Virus record (IMG/VR): IMGVR_UViG_3300025098_000012
Span: 124,001 to 188,000 of that record
DNA: 64,000 bases
Direction: 5' to 3' (one strand)
This document shows, piece by piece, positions 56,338-64,000 of the stretch (the stretch's first letter is position 1; each line of letters begins with the position of its first letter). The notes under the pieces were generated by a model that saw only the letters and a program-made list of their open reading frames with translations, ran no database searches and was not told the origin of the DNA. Both the position numbers and the translations under genes were made by a program.

Positions 56338-56521
56338 TCCTAATGTACCTCAACTTTGCTTCATACTCATCATTTGCAAACAATACATCAATCTCTACTT
56401 GTGCTTGAGAGGGTGATGACTGCACGATTTTTTCTGCTTCAAGGTCAAGATGATCCAAAGGCTTTGCAGAACCAGTGATGCGAGCATAGGTGTAAGATTG
56501 AATTAGTTGGTCGATGTTCAT
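56312..56521 (-). CDS. Small hypothetical protein
   Basis: Likely start MNIDQL after GGAGG. Confidence 0.45.
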   Translation of the reverse strand: MNIDQLIQSYTYARITGSAKPLDHLDLEAEKIVQSSPSQAQVEIDVLFANDEYEAKLRYIRNEYAHRES

Positions 56522-56543
56522 TTCTTCCTCCATAAGTGGGTGG

Positions 56544-56795
56544 TTAAGACTCGTTATATGATTTAACATCTTCCATCCCATAAGTCCGTACACCTTCTTT
56601 AGCAAACTCACGAGCGATAAGATACTCAGCGAGCTGTCCATTCAGCGTTTCTATACGCTCATCTACATACTCATAAGGGTCATTTCTCTCTTTCCAACCT
56701 TCGTACCAGTCAATCATCCTTTGGTGTGCTTCGATTTGTGCGTTGATATGATCTATTTTAGATATGTCTATTGTGTATCTTAGTAAAGGGTTCAA
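56544..56795 (-). CDS. Small coiled-coil hypothetical protein
   Basis: 83 aa, AAGGAGG RBS. Confidence 0.55.
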   Translation of the reverse strand: MNPLLRYTIDISKIDHINAQIEAHQRMIDWYEGWKERNDPYEYVDERIETLNGQLAEYLIAREFAKEGVRTYGMEDVKSYNES

Positions 56796-56843
56796 TAGAT
56801 ACCTCCTTGTAGTTCATTTATAATACCACTAAAGAAAAGGAGA

Positions 56844-58277
56844 ATGAATATGCCTACACCACAAGAAGAAAGAAAAATCTCTGCGTTTCAACGCAAAGCC
56901 CTCACAGCTTTTAGGTCGCTTTTGAAAGACCTCAAAAGTTATGGTGCTCAAGCTAAGTCCGAGCATAAAGGTCGAGGACAAGCTGTTATCAATAAGAGAA
57001 AAAGACACATAGTTAAGTCGATTAAGACGCTCCCTCAAGTTCTCACCTTCATGGAGAAGTTTGTCGGATCAGACGAAGTGAGCGATAAAGCATACTCTTG
57101 GAGGAACACTACCCTTTATCTCATTCGTGATCACTTGGCAGGTCAAAAGACGCTAAAAGAGGTGAGCGAGACATTCAAAAAAAACAGCATCCGATCCTTC
57201 AAAGCACTAGAAATCCACAAGAGACAAGCACCTCTTAAGTCAATCATCCCTGTAGAGCTTAGAGCTTACTTACCCGACACAATCACTATTGATGTAGACG
57301 ATGAGGGATATATTAAGACGATCAACGATATGTTCGGCAATAAGACTTACACTTTAGCCGAGAAGATCAAGTCTCAAAAGAAGCTCATCAAAAAGTACAA
57401 CACAATCGTTAAGCTCATTAAAAGGGATCTCAAATCGAGAGATGAGATGACTAAGTTATCTGCAATCATCACTTCAATCATCATGGAAACAGGGATAAGA
57501 CCAGGACAGATTGGAAATGGGATTGTAGAAACAGTAGACGACCAAGAAGTTCAAGTTGAAACCTTCGGAGCGATCACGCTGAACACATCTCATGTTAGCT
57601 TTGTGAGGAATAACTTTGCCGAGCTAAGTTTCAGAGGGAAGATGGGAACTGTAAACACAGCGTCCATCTCAAACTCAGCAATCGTCAAAGTGCTGAAAGA
57701 TTATGTGGATAATGCTCTTTCATCTGGTTCAGATTACATTTTCATTACGAGTGAAGGTGAAAGGTTCACCTACCAAGACCTCATAAAATACTTTAGGACT
57801 AACTTTAAGGGATTTAAGATCACTGATTTTAGGAAACTAAGGGCGACACAAGAAGTTTTTGACGGACTCCAAGAAGAAAGAGATTCAATGCTTCGGAGGA
57901 TTAAAGAGGTCGCAGAGATGGAGACAGAGGATTTGACTCAGCGTGTTGTTGAGATCGTAGCCGAAACGATCAATAAAGCACACGAGAGGGCACAAGTGGC
58001 TTTGAGCCACGATAGTGGAACAACGACTAAGAAATCGTACATCAACCCCGAAGTTCTACTAAGGTTCTTGAGTACAGCTTCAATGCAAAGCACTCTCAAA
58101 GAGAGCATTACGACAGGTAAGACAAAGCTCCACTTTGACCCTATGATGTTCGTTCGAGAGGCGACTCGAACAGCAGGATTGCGTATGATTTCTGCATCGG
58201 GGAGGACGCTAGAGAGTATAGATACAATCATTGATATGTTAGAGCATATTTTTGATGGTGGTATAGTAGAAGGTTGA
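56844..58277 (+). CDS. DNA topoisomerase IB (bacterial/poxvirus-like)
   Basis: ETGIRPG (R), LSFRGK (K), DFRKLRAT (R), LSH...KKSYINP (H/Y): the type IB catalytic pentad. Confidence 0.8.
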   Translation: MNMPTPQEERKISAFQRKALTAFRSLLKDLKSYGAQAKSEHKGRGQAVINKRKRHIVKSIKTLPQVLTFMEKFVGSDEVSDKAYSWRNTTLYLIRDHLAGQKTLKEVSETFKKNSIRSFKALEIHKRQAPLKSIIPVELRAYLPDTITIDVDDEGYIKTINDMFGNKTYTLAEKIKSQKKLIKKYNTIVKLIKRDLKSRDEMTKLSAIITSIIMETGIRPGQIGNGIVETVDDQEVQVETFGAITLNTSHVSFVRNNFAELSFRGKMGTVNTASISNSAIVKVLKDYVDNALSSGSDYIFITSEGERFTYQDLIKYFRTNFKGFKITDFRKLRATQEVFDGLQEERDSMLRRIKEVAEMETEDLTQRVVEIVAETINKAHERAQVALSHDSGTTTKKSYINPEVLLRFLSTASMQSTLKESITTGKTKLHFDPMMFVREATRTAGLRMISASGRTLESIDTIIDMLEHIFDGGIVEG

Positions 58278-58299
58278 AACCCTAAAAAGAGGATGTGTT

Positions 58300-58923
58300 A
58301 TGACTAACATTAATGGCATCAAGACCGACCCGAATAAACAAAGAGGCAAGAACACATTTGGTGGAGGGAATGAAAATTCTCTTTACATTCCGATGTCGGA
58401 CATCGAGCAAGAGTTCATCGCTCGTCTTGTTGAGCAGGGAGAAATCTTGGTCGAGTTTCATGGTTGGGGTACGGTTCAGCCTATCGTGACCTTTGGTGAT
58501 AAGGTCATCCATGCTCACATTAAAATCTTGTTCCATAATGCTCCCCCTCCCCCTGGCAAACCTGTTCCTTTCTTTGACATGGATCTTCGGACTCAATCGG
58601 GGATCAGTCTCTACAGACAAAAGATGCCGACATCTTATGGCAACACACCAATCACCATCTCTAACGAGGTTGAACTTGAAATGGTGTGGGATATAGCCCT
58701 CAAATATATTGATCCGAAGCTCATCAAGACGCTCATGCCCCAAGTGAGAGGGTTTACGACAAGGCTTGAAGATCGAGATACGCACGACATCACTGTAACT
58801 GGTAATATGAGACTTAATAAAGAGCAGGTTAAGTCAGCTCATAGCCTTCATCAGAGCGAACAGAACATCAAAGTATATGATGAAAATAAGCTCGCTGAGT
58901 CGATCACTAAAATCTCAAAGTAA
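58300..58923 (+). CDS. Hypothetical protein
   Basis: 207 aa with RBS. Confidence 0.6.
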   Translation: MTNINGIKTDPNKQRGKNTFGGGNENSLYIPMSDIEQEFIARLVEQGEILVEFHGWGTVQPIVTFGDKVIHAHIKILFHNAPPPPGKPVPFFDMDLRTQSGISLYRQKMPTSYGNTPITISNEVELEMVWDIALKYIDPKLIKTLMPQVRGFTTRLEDRDTHDITVTGNMRLNKEQVKSAHSLHQSEQNIKVYDENKLAESITKISK

Positions 58924-59259
58924 TAGTCTATAGGGGTGTTTATCCCACTTAACTTTAACTGCACCTTTAGGGAGAGTACATTCAGTTCTCTTGTCTTTAT
59001 CTAGGTAGTAGACCTTACGATTAGAAGATTTCTCGTAGTATTTACTCCCTAGCCGATAGAGAGTCCACTTTAGATTGTGCTTGGCTTTTAGTATGAGATT
59101 GCTTGGGTATAGTTCTTCAAGAATGTAGCCCATTTCATCCTCATACTCTTTAAGAGACTTATATCGCTTCTCTCCATCTTGAGAGTTCACATAACAAGAC
59201 TCATTTTTATAGACTATAAATACATCGTCTTTCATGTTGTATGTAAGAACGGATTTCAT
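58915..59259 (-). CDS. Hypothetical basic protein (start uncertain)
   Basis: ORF-track 5' end overlaps the divergent flavodoxin gene; an internal Met is more likely. Confidence 0.4.
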   Translation of the reverse strand: MKSVLTYNMKDDVFIVYKNESCYVNSQDGEKRYKSLKEYEDEMGYILEELYPSNLILKAKHNLKWTLYRLGSKYYEKSSNRKVYYLDKDKRTECTLPKGAVKVKWDKHPYRLLL

Positions 59260-59273
59260 AAAGGTAGACTCCC

Positions 59274-59939
59274 ATGAAGATTTTGATTGTAAGCACAACC
59301 ACGCATAGGGATAAATCAACTAGCAAAATGGTGCTAAGTAAACTGTCAGATAAACTAAATGAAAAGCATGATATAGACTTCATTGATGCAAATGATCTTC
59401 ACATCGTTCCTAATCTTAGTTGTTATTCTGATGGGAAAATGAACTGTGCTAATCCAGACGCAGGTAAATATAGATGTTGGGCACATAAACTTAGTCATGA
59501 CAACCCCGATGATTATCGGGGGAAAGATGAGATGAACATCATTTATGACGCTTTAGATTGGTGCGACTTGGTAATATGGGGAACGAGTGTTCGTTGGGGT
59601 AGTCATTCAGCCTTGATGCAGAAGATCATAGAGCGTATGAATACCCTTGAAAACCAACAAACAGTATATGGAGAGAAGAACCCTTTAGAGGGTAAGAAAT
59701 GTGGTGTTGTGGTAACTGGACAGCATTATAAGGCACAATCGGTATCTGAACACCTCATCACACAGTTCGGGTGGATTGGTTTTGATACAGACCCCTCTTA
59801 TGTTTTGACTTGGCAGAAATCCCAAGACATACACCTAGAGCAAGAAGATGATAACAACGACCCTCTTGAAGCATATCTCAAATCTAAAGAGGGCAAGGCA
59901 CAAGTAGATAACTTCCTTTCATTCATGGAGATCAAATGA
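59274..59939 (+). CDS. Flavodoxin-like NAD(P)H-dependent FMN reductase / Fe-S flavoprotein family
   Basis: [12 protein letters not shown]-loop, C..C...C..D pattern, [26 protein letters not shown]. Confidence 0.8.
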   Translation: MKILIVSTTTHRDKSTSKMVLSKLSDKLNEKHDIDFIDANDLHIVPNLSCYSDGKMNCANPDAGKYRCWAHKLSHDNPDDYRGKDEMNIIYDALDWCDLVIWGTSVRWGSHSALMQKIIERMNTLENQQTVYGEKNPLEGKKCGVVVTGQHYKAQSVSEHLITQFGWIGFDTDPSYVLTWQKSQDIHLEQEDDNNDPLEAYLKSKEGKAQVDNFLSFMEIK

Positions 59940-61420
59940 GAATCGAAACAGACTTTAAACTCGACTTTAAAGATGTGTTGTTTAAGCCTAAGAGGTCTAC
60001 CCTCACATCACGCAAAGATGTGAAACTATCTAGGGAGATTAAACTCCCTCACAGTAAAAGAATATGGGAGGGTGTACCTATAGTAGCCGCTAATATGGAC
60101 ACCGTAGCTACCTTTGAAGCAGGTAAAGTCCTCACCGACCTCCACATGATGGTCTGTCTCCATAAGCATTACACCGAAGAACGATACATGGAGATATATG
60201 ATTGGGTGTATTCCAATCAAGGATGTGGCTACGCTCCATATTGGGCTTACTCTATGGGTATCTCAGACGAAGAATTTGATAGACTTGTGCGTATTCAAGA
60301 TAAGACCAATGGAATGATCCTCACGATCTGCATTGATGTGGCTAATGGGTATACAGAGCGTTTCATTGAGTTTGTCGCTAAGGTAAGGAAAAAGTATCCA
60401 CTCTCCATCATCATCGCAGGGAATGTAGTCACAGCAGAAATCACTGAACAGTTGATCTTAGCAGGTGCTGACATCGTAAAGGTTGGGATTGGTTCGGGAT
60501 GCTTCGTTGCTGGTACACCTATCCTCACCAATAATGGACTCAAGGCGATTGAGGAAGTTGAGGTAGGAGATAAAGTAATGACTCACATGGGTCGTGAGCG
60601 TACTGTGTCGAACACCTTCACCCATACCGATAAGAATCTACTCGTTAATGTGAATGGTATCAAAGCGACACCAAACCATGAGTTCTATGTGGTACATAAG
60701 TCTGATGCAGATAAGGTGAATGACGAGAACATCCATGAGTACGCAAAGTGGGTTCGAGCTGATGAACTGACCTATTCACATTATCTTTTAGAAGCACCCT
60801 CATTTAGTCTCATAGAAATCAATACCCTAGAAACAGAACCTAACCCATCGGGGATCGCCTATGACCTTGAGGTCGAGGAAGATCACTCATATACGATTGG
60901 GGAGAATAGGACTGTAGTTCATAACTCAGCGTGTACGACCAGAATACAGGCAGGTGTAGGTTATCCACAGTTAAGTGCTGTTATTGAGTGTGCTGATGCC
61001 GCTCATGGTTTAGGTGGACGCATCATGTCAGATGGTGGTTGTACCTGTCCTGGTGATGTAGCTAAGGCATTTGGTGGTGGAGCTGACTATGTGATGCTTG
61101 GGGGTATGCTCGCAGGACACACCGAGAACCTTAGACTTGATGAAGATGGAAACGCACTCTTCTATGGTATGTCATCAGACACAGCCATGAACAAGTATCA
61201 TGGTGGTGTTAATGACTATCGTTCGTCAGAAGGACGCACAGTAGCCATTGAGCGTAAAGGTTCAATCAAAGATACCCTCCAAGACATACTTGGAGGCATC
61301 CGATCAACCTGTACTTATATTGGTGCAAGCGAGCTAAGAGAACTGAGTAAATGCACGACATTCATTCGTGTTCGTCAGCAATATAACTCTGTGTTTGAGT
61401 CTAGGACGCTTAAGTCTTAG
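59936..61420 (+). CDS. guaC: GMP reductase with mini-intein
   Basis: [15 protein letters not shown]...KRSTL..R, AANMD, DVANGY, GIGSG/SACTTR, MSDGGC, FYGMSS, SEGR; spliced length 352 aa. Confidence 0.92.
   Translation: MRIETDFKLDFKDVLFKPKRSTLTSRKDVKLSREIKLPHSKRIWEGVPIVAANMDTVATFEAGKVLTDLHMMVCLHKHYTEERYMEIYDWVYSNQGCGYAPYWAYSMGISDEEFDRLVRIQDKTNGMILTICIDVANGYTERFIEFVAKVRKKYPLSIIIAGNVVTAEITEQLILAGADIVKVGIGSGCFVAGTPILTNNGLKAIEEVEVGDKVMTHMGRERTVSNTFTHTDKNLLVNVNGIKATPNHEFYVVHKSDADKVNDENIHEYAKWVRADELTYSHYLLEAPSFSLIEINTLETEPNPSGIAYDLEVEEDHSYTIGENRTVVHNSACTTRIQAGVGYPQLSAVIECADAAHGLGGRIMSDGGCTCPGDVAKAFGGGADYVMLGGMLAGHTENLRLDEDGNALFYGMSSDTAMNKYHGGVNDYRSSEGRTVAIERKGSIKDTLQDILGGIRSTCTYIGASELRELSKCTTFIRVRQQYNSVFESRTLKS
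60500..60925 (+). mobile_element. Mini-intein (142 aa, no endonuclease)
   Basis: CFVAGTPIL...ATPNHEF...YDLEV...VVHN, +1 Ser. Confidence 0.93.
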
Positions 61421-61677
61421 TAAGCACCTGCGATGTGCTTGATTTCTTCTTCAACCCTCATGGAGAGCGTATACCAACGCTCTGCTAAGTCAGCATAGTA
61501 GCGATCCTCCACATCTCCTCTGAATGAAGGCATCTTTTCAAGTTCACGCTCCATCTCTTGCATAGCCTTTAAGACTTTTTCTGCCGACTTACGAATCGGT
61601 GTTGAAGATTGCTTCTGTTCAAGTCTAGCAATCCTAGACTCAAGATTTCTTATCGTTTCTTCCGCTGTTCTTCTCAT
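61417..61677 (-). CDS. Leader-family protein 8
   Basis: [25 protein letters not shown] directly after sod. Confidence 0.75.
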   Translation of the reverse strand: MRRTAEETIRNLESRIARLEQKQSSTPIRKSAEKVLKAMQEMERELEKMPSFRGDVEDRYYADLAERWYTLSMRVEEEIKHIAGAY

Positions 61678-61679
61678 GT

Positions 61680-62291
61680 TCATAATCCTTTCGAGGCATA
61701 GCCCCAACTTAATAGATTGTCGATTACTTGCTCTAGGAACTCTTTACGACCATTCTCATAGTCGGGGTAATAAGCGTGTTCCCATAGGTCAATGGTTAAG
61801 ATAGGTCGATGACCTCTCATCATTGGTGTGTTTTGATTTAGAGTCGAATAAACTCTAAGCTCGCCTGTCTTAGTCTCGGCTAACCAAACCCAACCAGAAC
61901 CGAAATGACTCGTTCCTTCAAGGATAAGTTCATCTCTAAGTTCTGAGTATCCACCAAAAGTCTTATTAACTTTACCTTGAAAAGATCTTGAGGTGTCCTC
62001 ATATCTAATAGGTTTAGGGGAGAGACAGTTCCAATAAAAAGCATGGTTCCAGACACCACCACCAAAGTCGATTACAGACTGTTTGATTTCTTGTGGTATC
62101 CACTTTGGGTTAGATATGAGTTGATAGAGGCTACCTACTCGTTCAAGCATTTCTGGATATTGCTCAAGAGTCGTATTGAGCTTATCTACATATCCTTTCT
62201 GGTGTGAAAGGTGATGTAGCCTCATAGCCTTTTCAGAGATAATAGGCTCAAGAGCGTCATACTTATATGGTAGTGGTTGTAGTTTAATCAT
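61680..62291 (-). CDS. Fe/Mn superoxide dismutase
   Basis: LPYKYDALEP, HHLSHQKGY, GGVWNHAFYW, FGSGWVW, DLWEHAYY. Confidence 0.95.
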   Translation of the reverse strand: MIKLQPLPYKYDALEPIISEKAMRLHHLSHQKGYVDKLNTTLEQYPEMLERVGSLYQLISNPKWIPQEIKQSVIDFGGGVWNHAFYWNCLSPKPIRYEDTSRSFQGKVNKTFGGYSELRDELILEGTSHFGSGWVWLAETKTGELRVYSTLNQNTPMMRGHRPILTIDLWEHAYYPDYENGRKEFLEQVIDNLLSWGYASKGL

Positions 62292-62305
62292 ATTAAGATC
62301 CTACT

Positions 62306-62854
62306 TTATGGTCGTTTAAGTATAGCTAGGCATAATCCAGATGAAGGGTATTTACGACCTAGTGATGCCCATACTCGTTTAGCATCATTGCTAGTTGAAC
62401 CTGTTTCCATACAACCATCTGGAACAAATATAAAAGGCTGACCTACTTTATTCCAGTAAGTTCTAGCAAAAGTAAGGTACATATCAGTTCCTATTTTCTT
62501 ACCTTTGTATTCATCTTTAATTGCAGTATTGTAAACTGAAAGGATAGGGGCATAAGGTCTATCCTTCCAATCATTCTGAACAAGGTGCGGGTATTTGTTC
62601 AAAAGTTTTTGAACATCATTAGAACATTTTAGGCTCTCAACCTGTGATATGTCTTGCCCCATGATAGGGTTTAGTTTTTTTTCATTTAACCCACCTTGTA
62701 TTTGACCAATGCGTTTACGACCATGAAAAATGACAAGTTGATAAAAACTCCCAACATTACCCTTAACAGTGTACTTGATCTTTTCATCTCTCAATGGGTT
62801 AGCTATCTCTAATCTCTTTGCATATTTACTAGCTACTCTTTGATATGGTTTCAT
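62306..62854 (-). CDS. GNAT-like protein with RVASKY N-terminus
   Basis: IKDEYKGKKIGTDMY (motif A-like), SNDAKRVWASL; class A motif. Confidence 0.6.
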   Translation of the reverse strand: MKPYQRVASKYAKRLEIANPLRDEKIKYTVKGNVGSFYQLVIFHGRKRIGQIQGGLNEKKLNPIMGQDISQVESLKCSNDVQKLLNKYPHLVQNDWKDRPYAPILSVYNTAIKDEYKGKKIGTDMYLTFARTYWNKVGQPFIFVPDGCMETGSTSNDAKRVWASLGRKYPSSGLCLAILKRP

Positions 62855-62921
62855 CTGTTTATTCCTTATATGCCTAATCATATAAGTATAGTGATAAATA
62901 AACTATTGAAAGGTTAAATCT

Positions 62922-63896
62922 ATGATAAAGCTACTATGGAGAACCGATGTCCACATGGGGGATAAAACACCACGCAGACGCACAGGGAACTGGACGGATG
63001 ATGTGGTCAACAAGCTCAAGTGGATTGGTGATCTCGCTAAAGATAAAGAGATTGATGCTGTTCTTGATGGAGGAGACTTCTTTGATGTCAAATCACCTAC
63101 CAAGAATAGCCATAGTTTAGTCCGTAAAGCGTGTGAAGCACATGAGCATTACCCTTGCCCTACTTATGGTCTAGTCGGCAACCACGATGTAAAATATGGG
63201 AACATAGACTACCTACCCGAACAGCCTCTAGGTGTCCTATTCTCATCGGGTGTGTTCAAGCAGTTTGGGGATGATGTAGAAATCAACTTTGAAAAAGATG
63301 GTGTCAAAGTTCGTGTCGTGGGTGTGCCTTATCATGGTGTCATCTATGACTTTGATCGGCTCAAAAACATAAAGAAGAAAGATGAAGACTACCTGTTAGT
63401 AGCTTGCCACTTGTTAGCCCGACAAGGTAAGACAGGATCTATGTTTGAGAATGAGGATATAATCGGATATGACTTCCTCAACGAAAACACAGAGGTTGAC
63501 GGTTGGTTCTTTGGTCATTGGCACAAAGACCAAGGGATCTCCACGCTCTTAAATGGAGCGAGGGTAGTCAATGTAGGGTCATTAACTAGAGGCTCTTTGC
63601 ACCTTGATGACTTAGACCGTAGACCTTGTGTGGTAGAGGTTCAAGCGACCAAAGAGTCGCTTAACTTCATCAGACACGATGTTCCTGTACGAGATGCCAA
63701 TGAGGTATTCAAAATAGAGGAAACAGTGCGTGAGAAGGAAGATAAGCAACGCATGGAGGACATCGTAGACAAGATGAAAGCTGTAGCCACATCGGGTTGG
63801 TCTGAACTGACTCTTAAAGAGCGTGTAATGCAGACTATGGGTTCAAATGGAGCTAAGGAGATGGCTATCTCTTACCTTGAACGAGTCGAGGAATAA
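62922..63896 (+). CDS. SbcD/Mre11-like metallophosphoesterase nuclease
   Basis: TDVH, GGDFFD, GNHD, CH, GHWH, NVGS. Confidence 0.88.
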   Translation: MIKLLWRTDVHMGDKTPRRRTGNWTDDVVNKLKWIGDLAKDKEIDAVLDGGDFFDVKSPTKNSHSLVRKACEAHEHYPCPTYGLVGNHDVKYGNIDYLPEQPLGVLFSSGVFKQFGDDVEINFEKDGVKVRVVGVPYHGVIYDFDRLKNIKKKDEDYLLVACHLLARQGKTGSMFENEDIIGYDFLNENTEVDGWFFGHWHKDQGISTLLNGARVVNVGSLTRGSLHLDDLDRRPCVVEVQATKESLNFIRHDVPVRDANEVFKIEETVREKEDKQRMEDIVDKMKAVATSGWSELTLKERVMQTMGSNGAKEMAISYLERVEE

Positions 63897-64000
63897 GATT
63901 AAAGAGATCACTTATGAGGGGGGGTGTAAATAAACTATTAATAGCGATCTTTATCAATAGCGTCTTGGTCAATCTCAACAAAGATACCGTACTCTACCTC

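Noticed and set aside
56844-58277. Integrase / prophage boundary
   Set aside because: Motif spacing (RxG, K, DFR, H-x-Y with SYINP) fits topoisomerase IB; no att-like repeats or host genes adjacent.
1242-62497. Numerous short antisense or alternate-frame ORFs in the track (e.g. 1993-2523, 19063-19482, 26360-26881, 45559-46008, 58282-58785)
   Set aside because: They fully overlap well-supported genes, lack RBS or motifs, and show no recognisable domains.
1-64000. tRNA, rRNA or tmRNA genes
   Set aside because: No cloverleaf or T-loop signature recognised in the short intergenic regions; a tRNAscan-SE/Infernal run would be needed to exclude them fully.

Overview
A 64-kb segment of a large tailed dsDNA bacteriophage genome (Caudoviricetes, roughly 40% GC by eye, standard genetic code, Shine-Dalgarno sites). 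It holds packaging and head genes: an intein-containing terminase, prohead protease, scaffold, decoration protein and HK97-like major capsid protein. It also holds replication and repair genes (DnaX, half-SbcC, SbcD, topoisomerase IB, a 2,181-aa SNF2/GNAT protein) and many auxiliary genes (GS-II, GuaC with a mini-intein, SOD, sirtuin, PhoH, dCMP deaminase, dNK, degenerate GroEL, outer-membrane beta-barrel). An amidase, a beta-barrel and a Myxococcales-like RHH protein point to a diderm, possibly Myxococcota-related host (inference). Two systems stand out. (1) Eight otherwise mostly unrelated ORFs share a ~22-aa N-terminal leader (MRRSASEIIRNLEQRIARLE), several within a conserved promoter-UTR-RBS DNA unit; this may be a capsid-targeting tag for interchangeable injected cargo. 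(2) A beta-class DNA methyltransferase is split into a translationally coupled N-M-M-N-M-M-C array, with two catalytic halves, four hypervariable middle modules and one SAM-binding subunit. Other points: two recurrent promoter motifs, RBS-sequestering hairpins and visible recombination scars. No tRNA, rRNA or CRISPR array was recognised. All functional calls rest on motif recognition by eye; no database searches were run.
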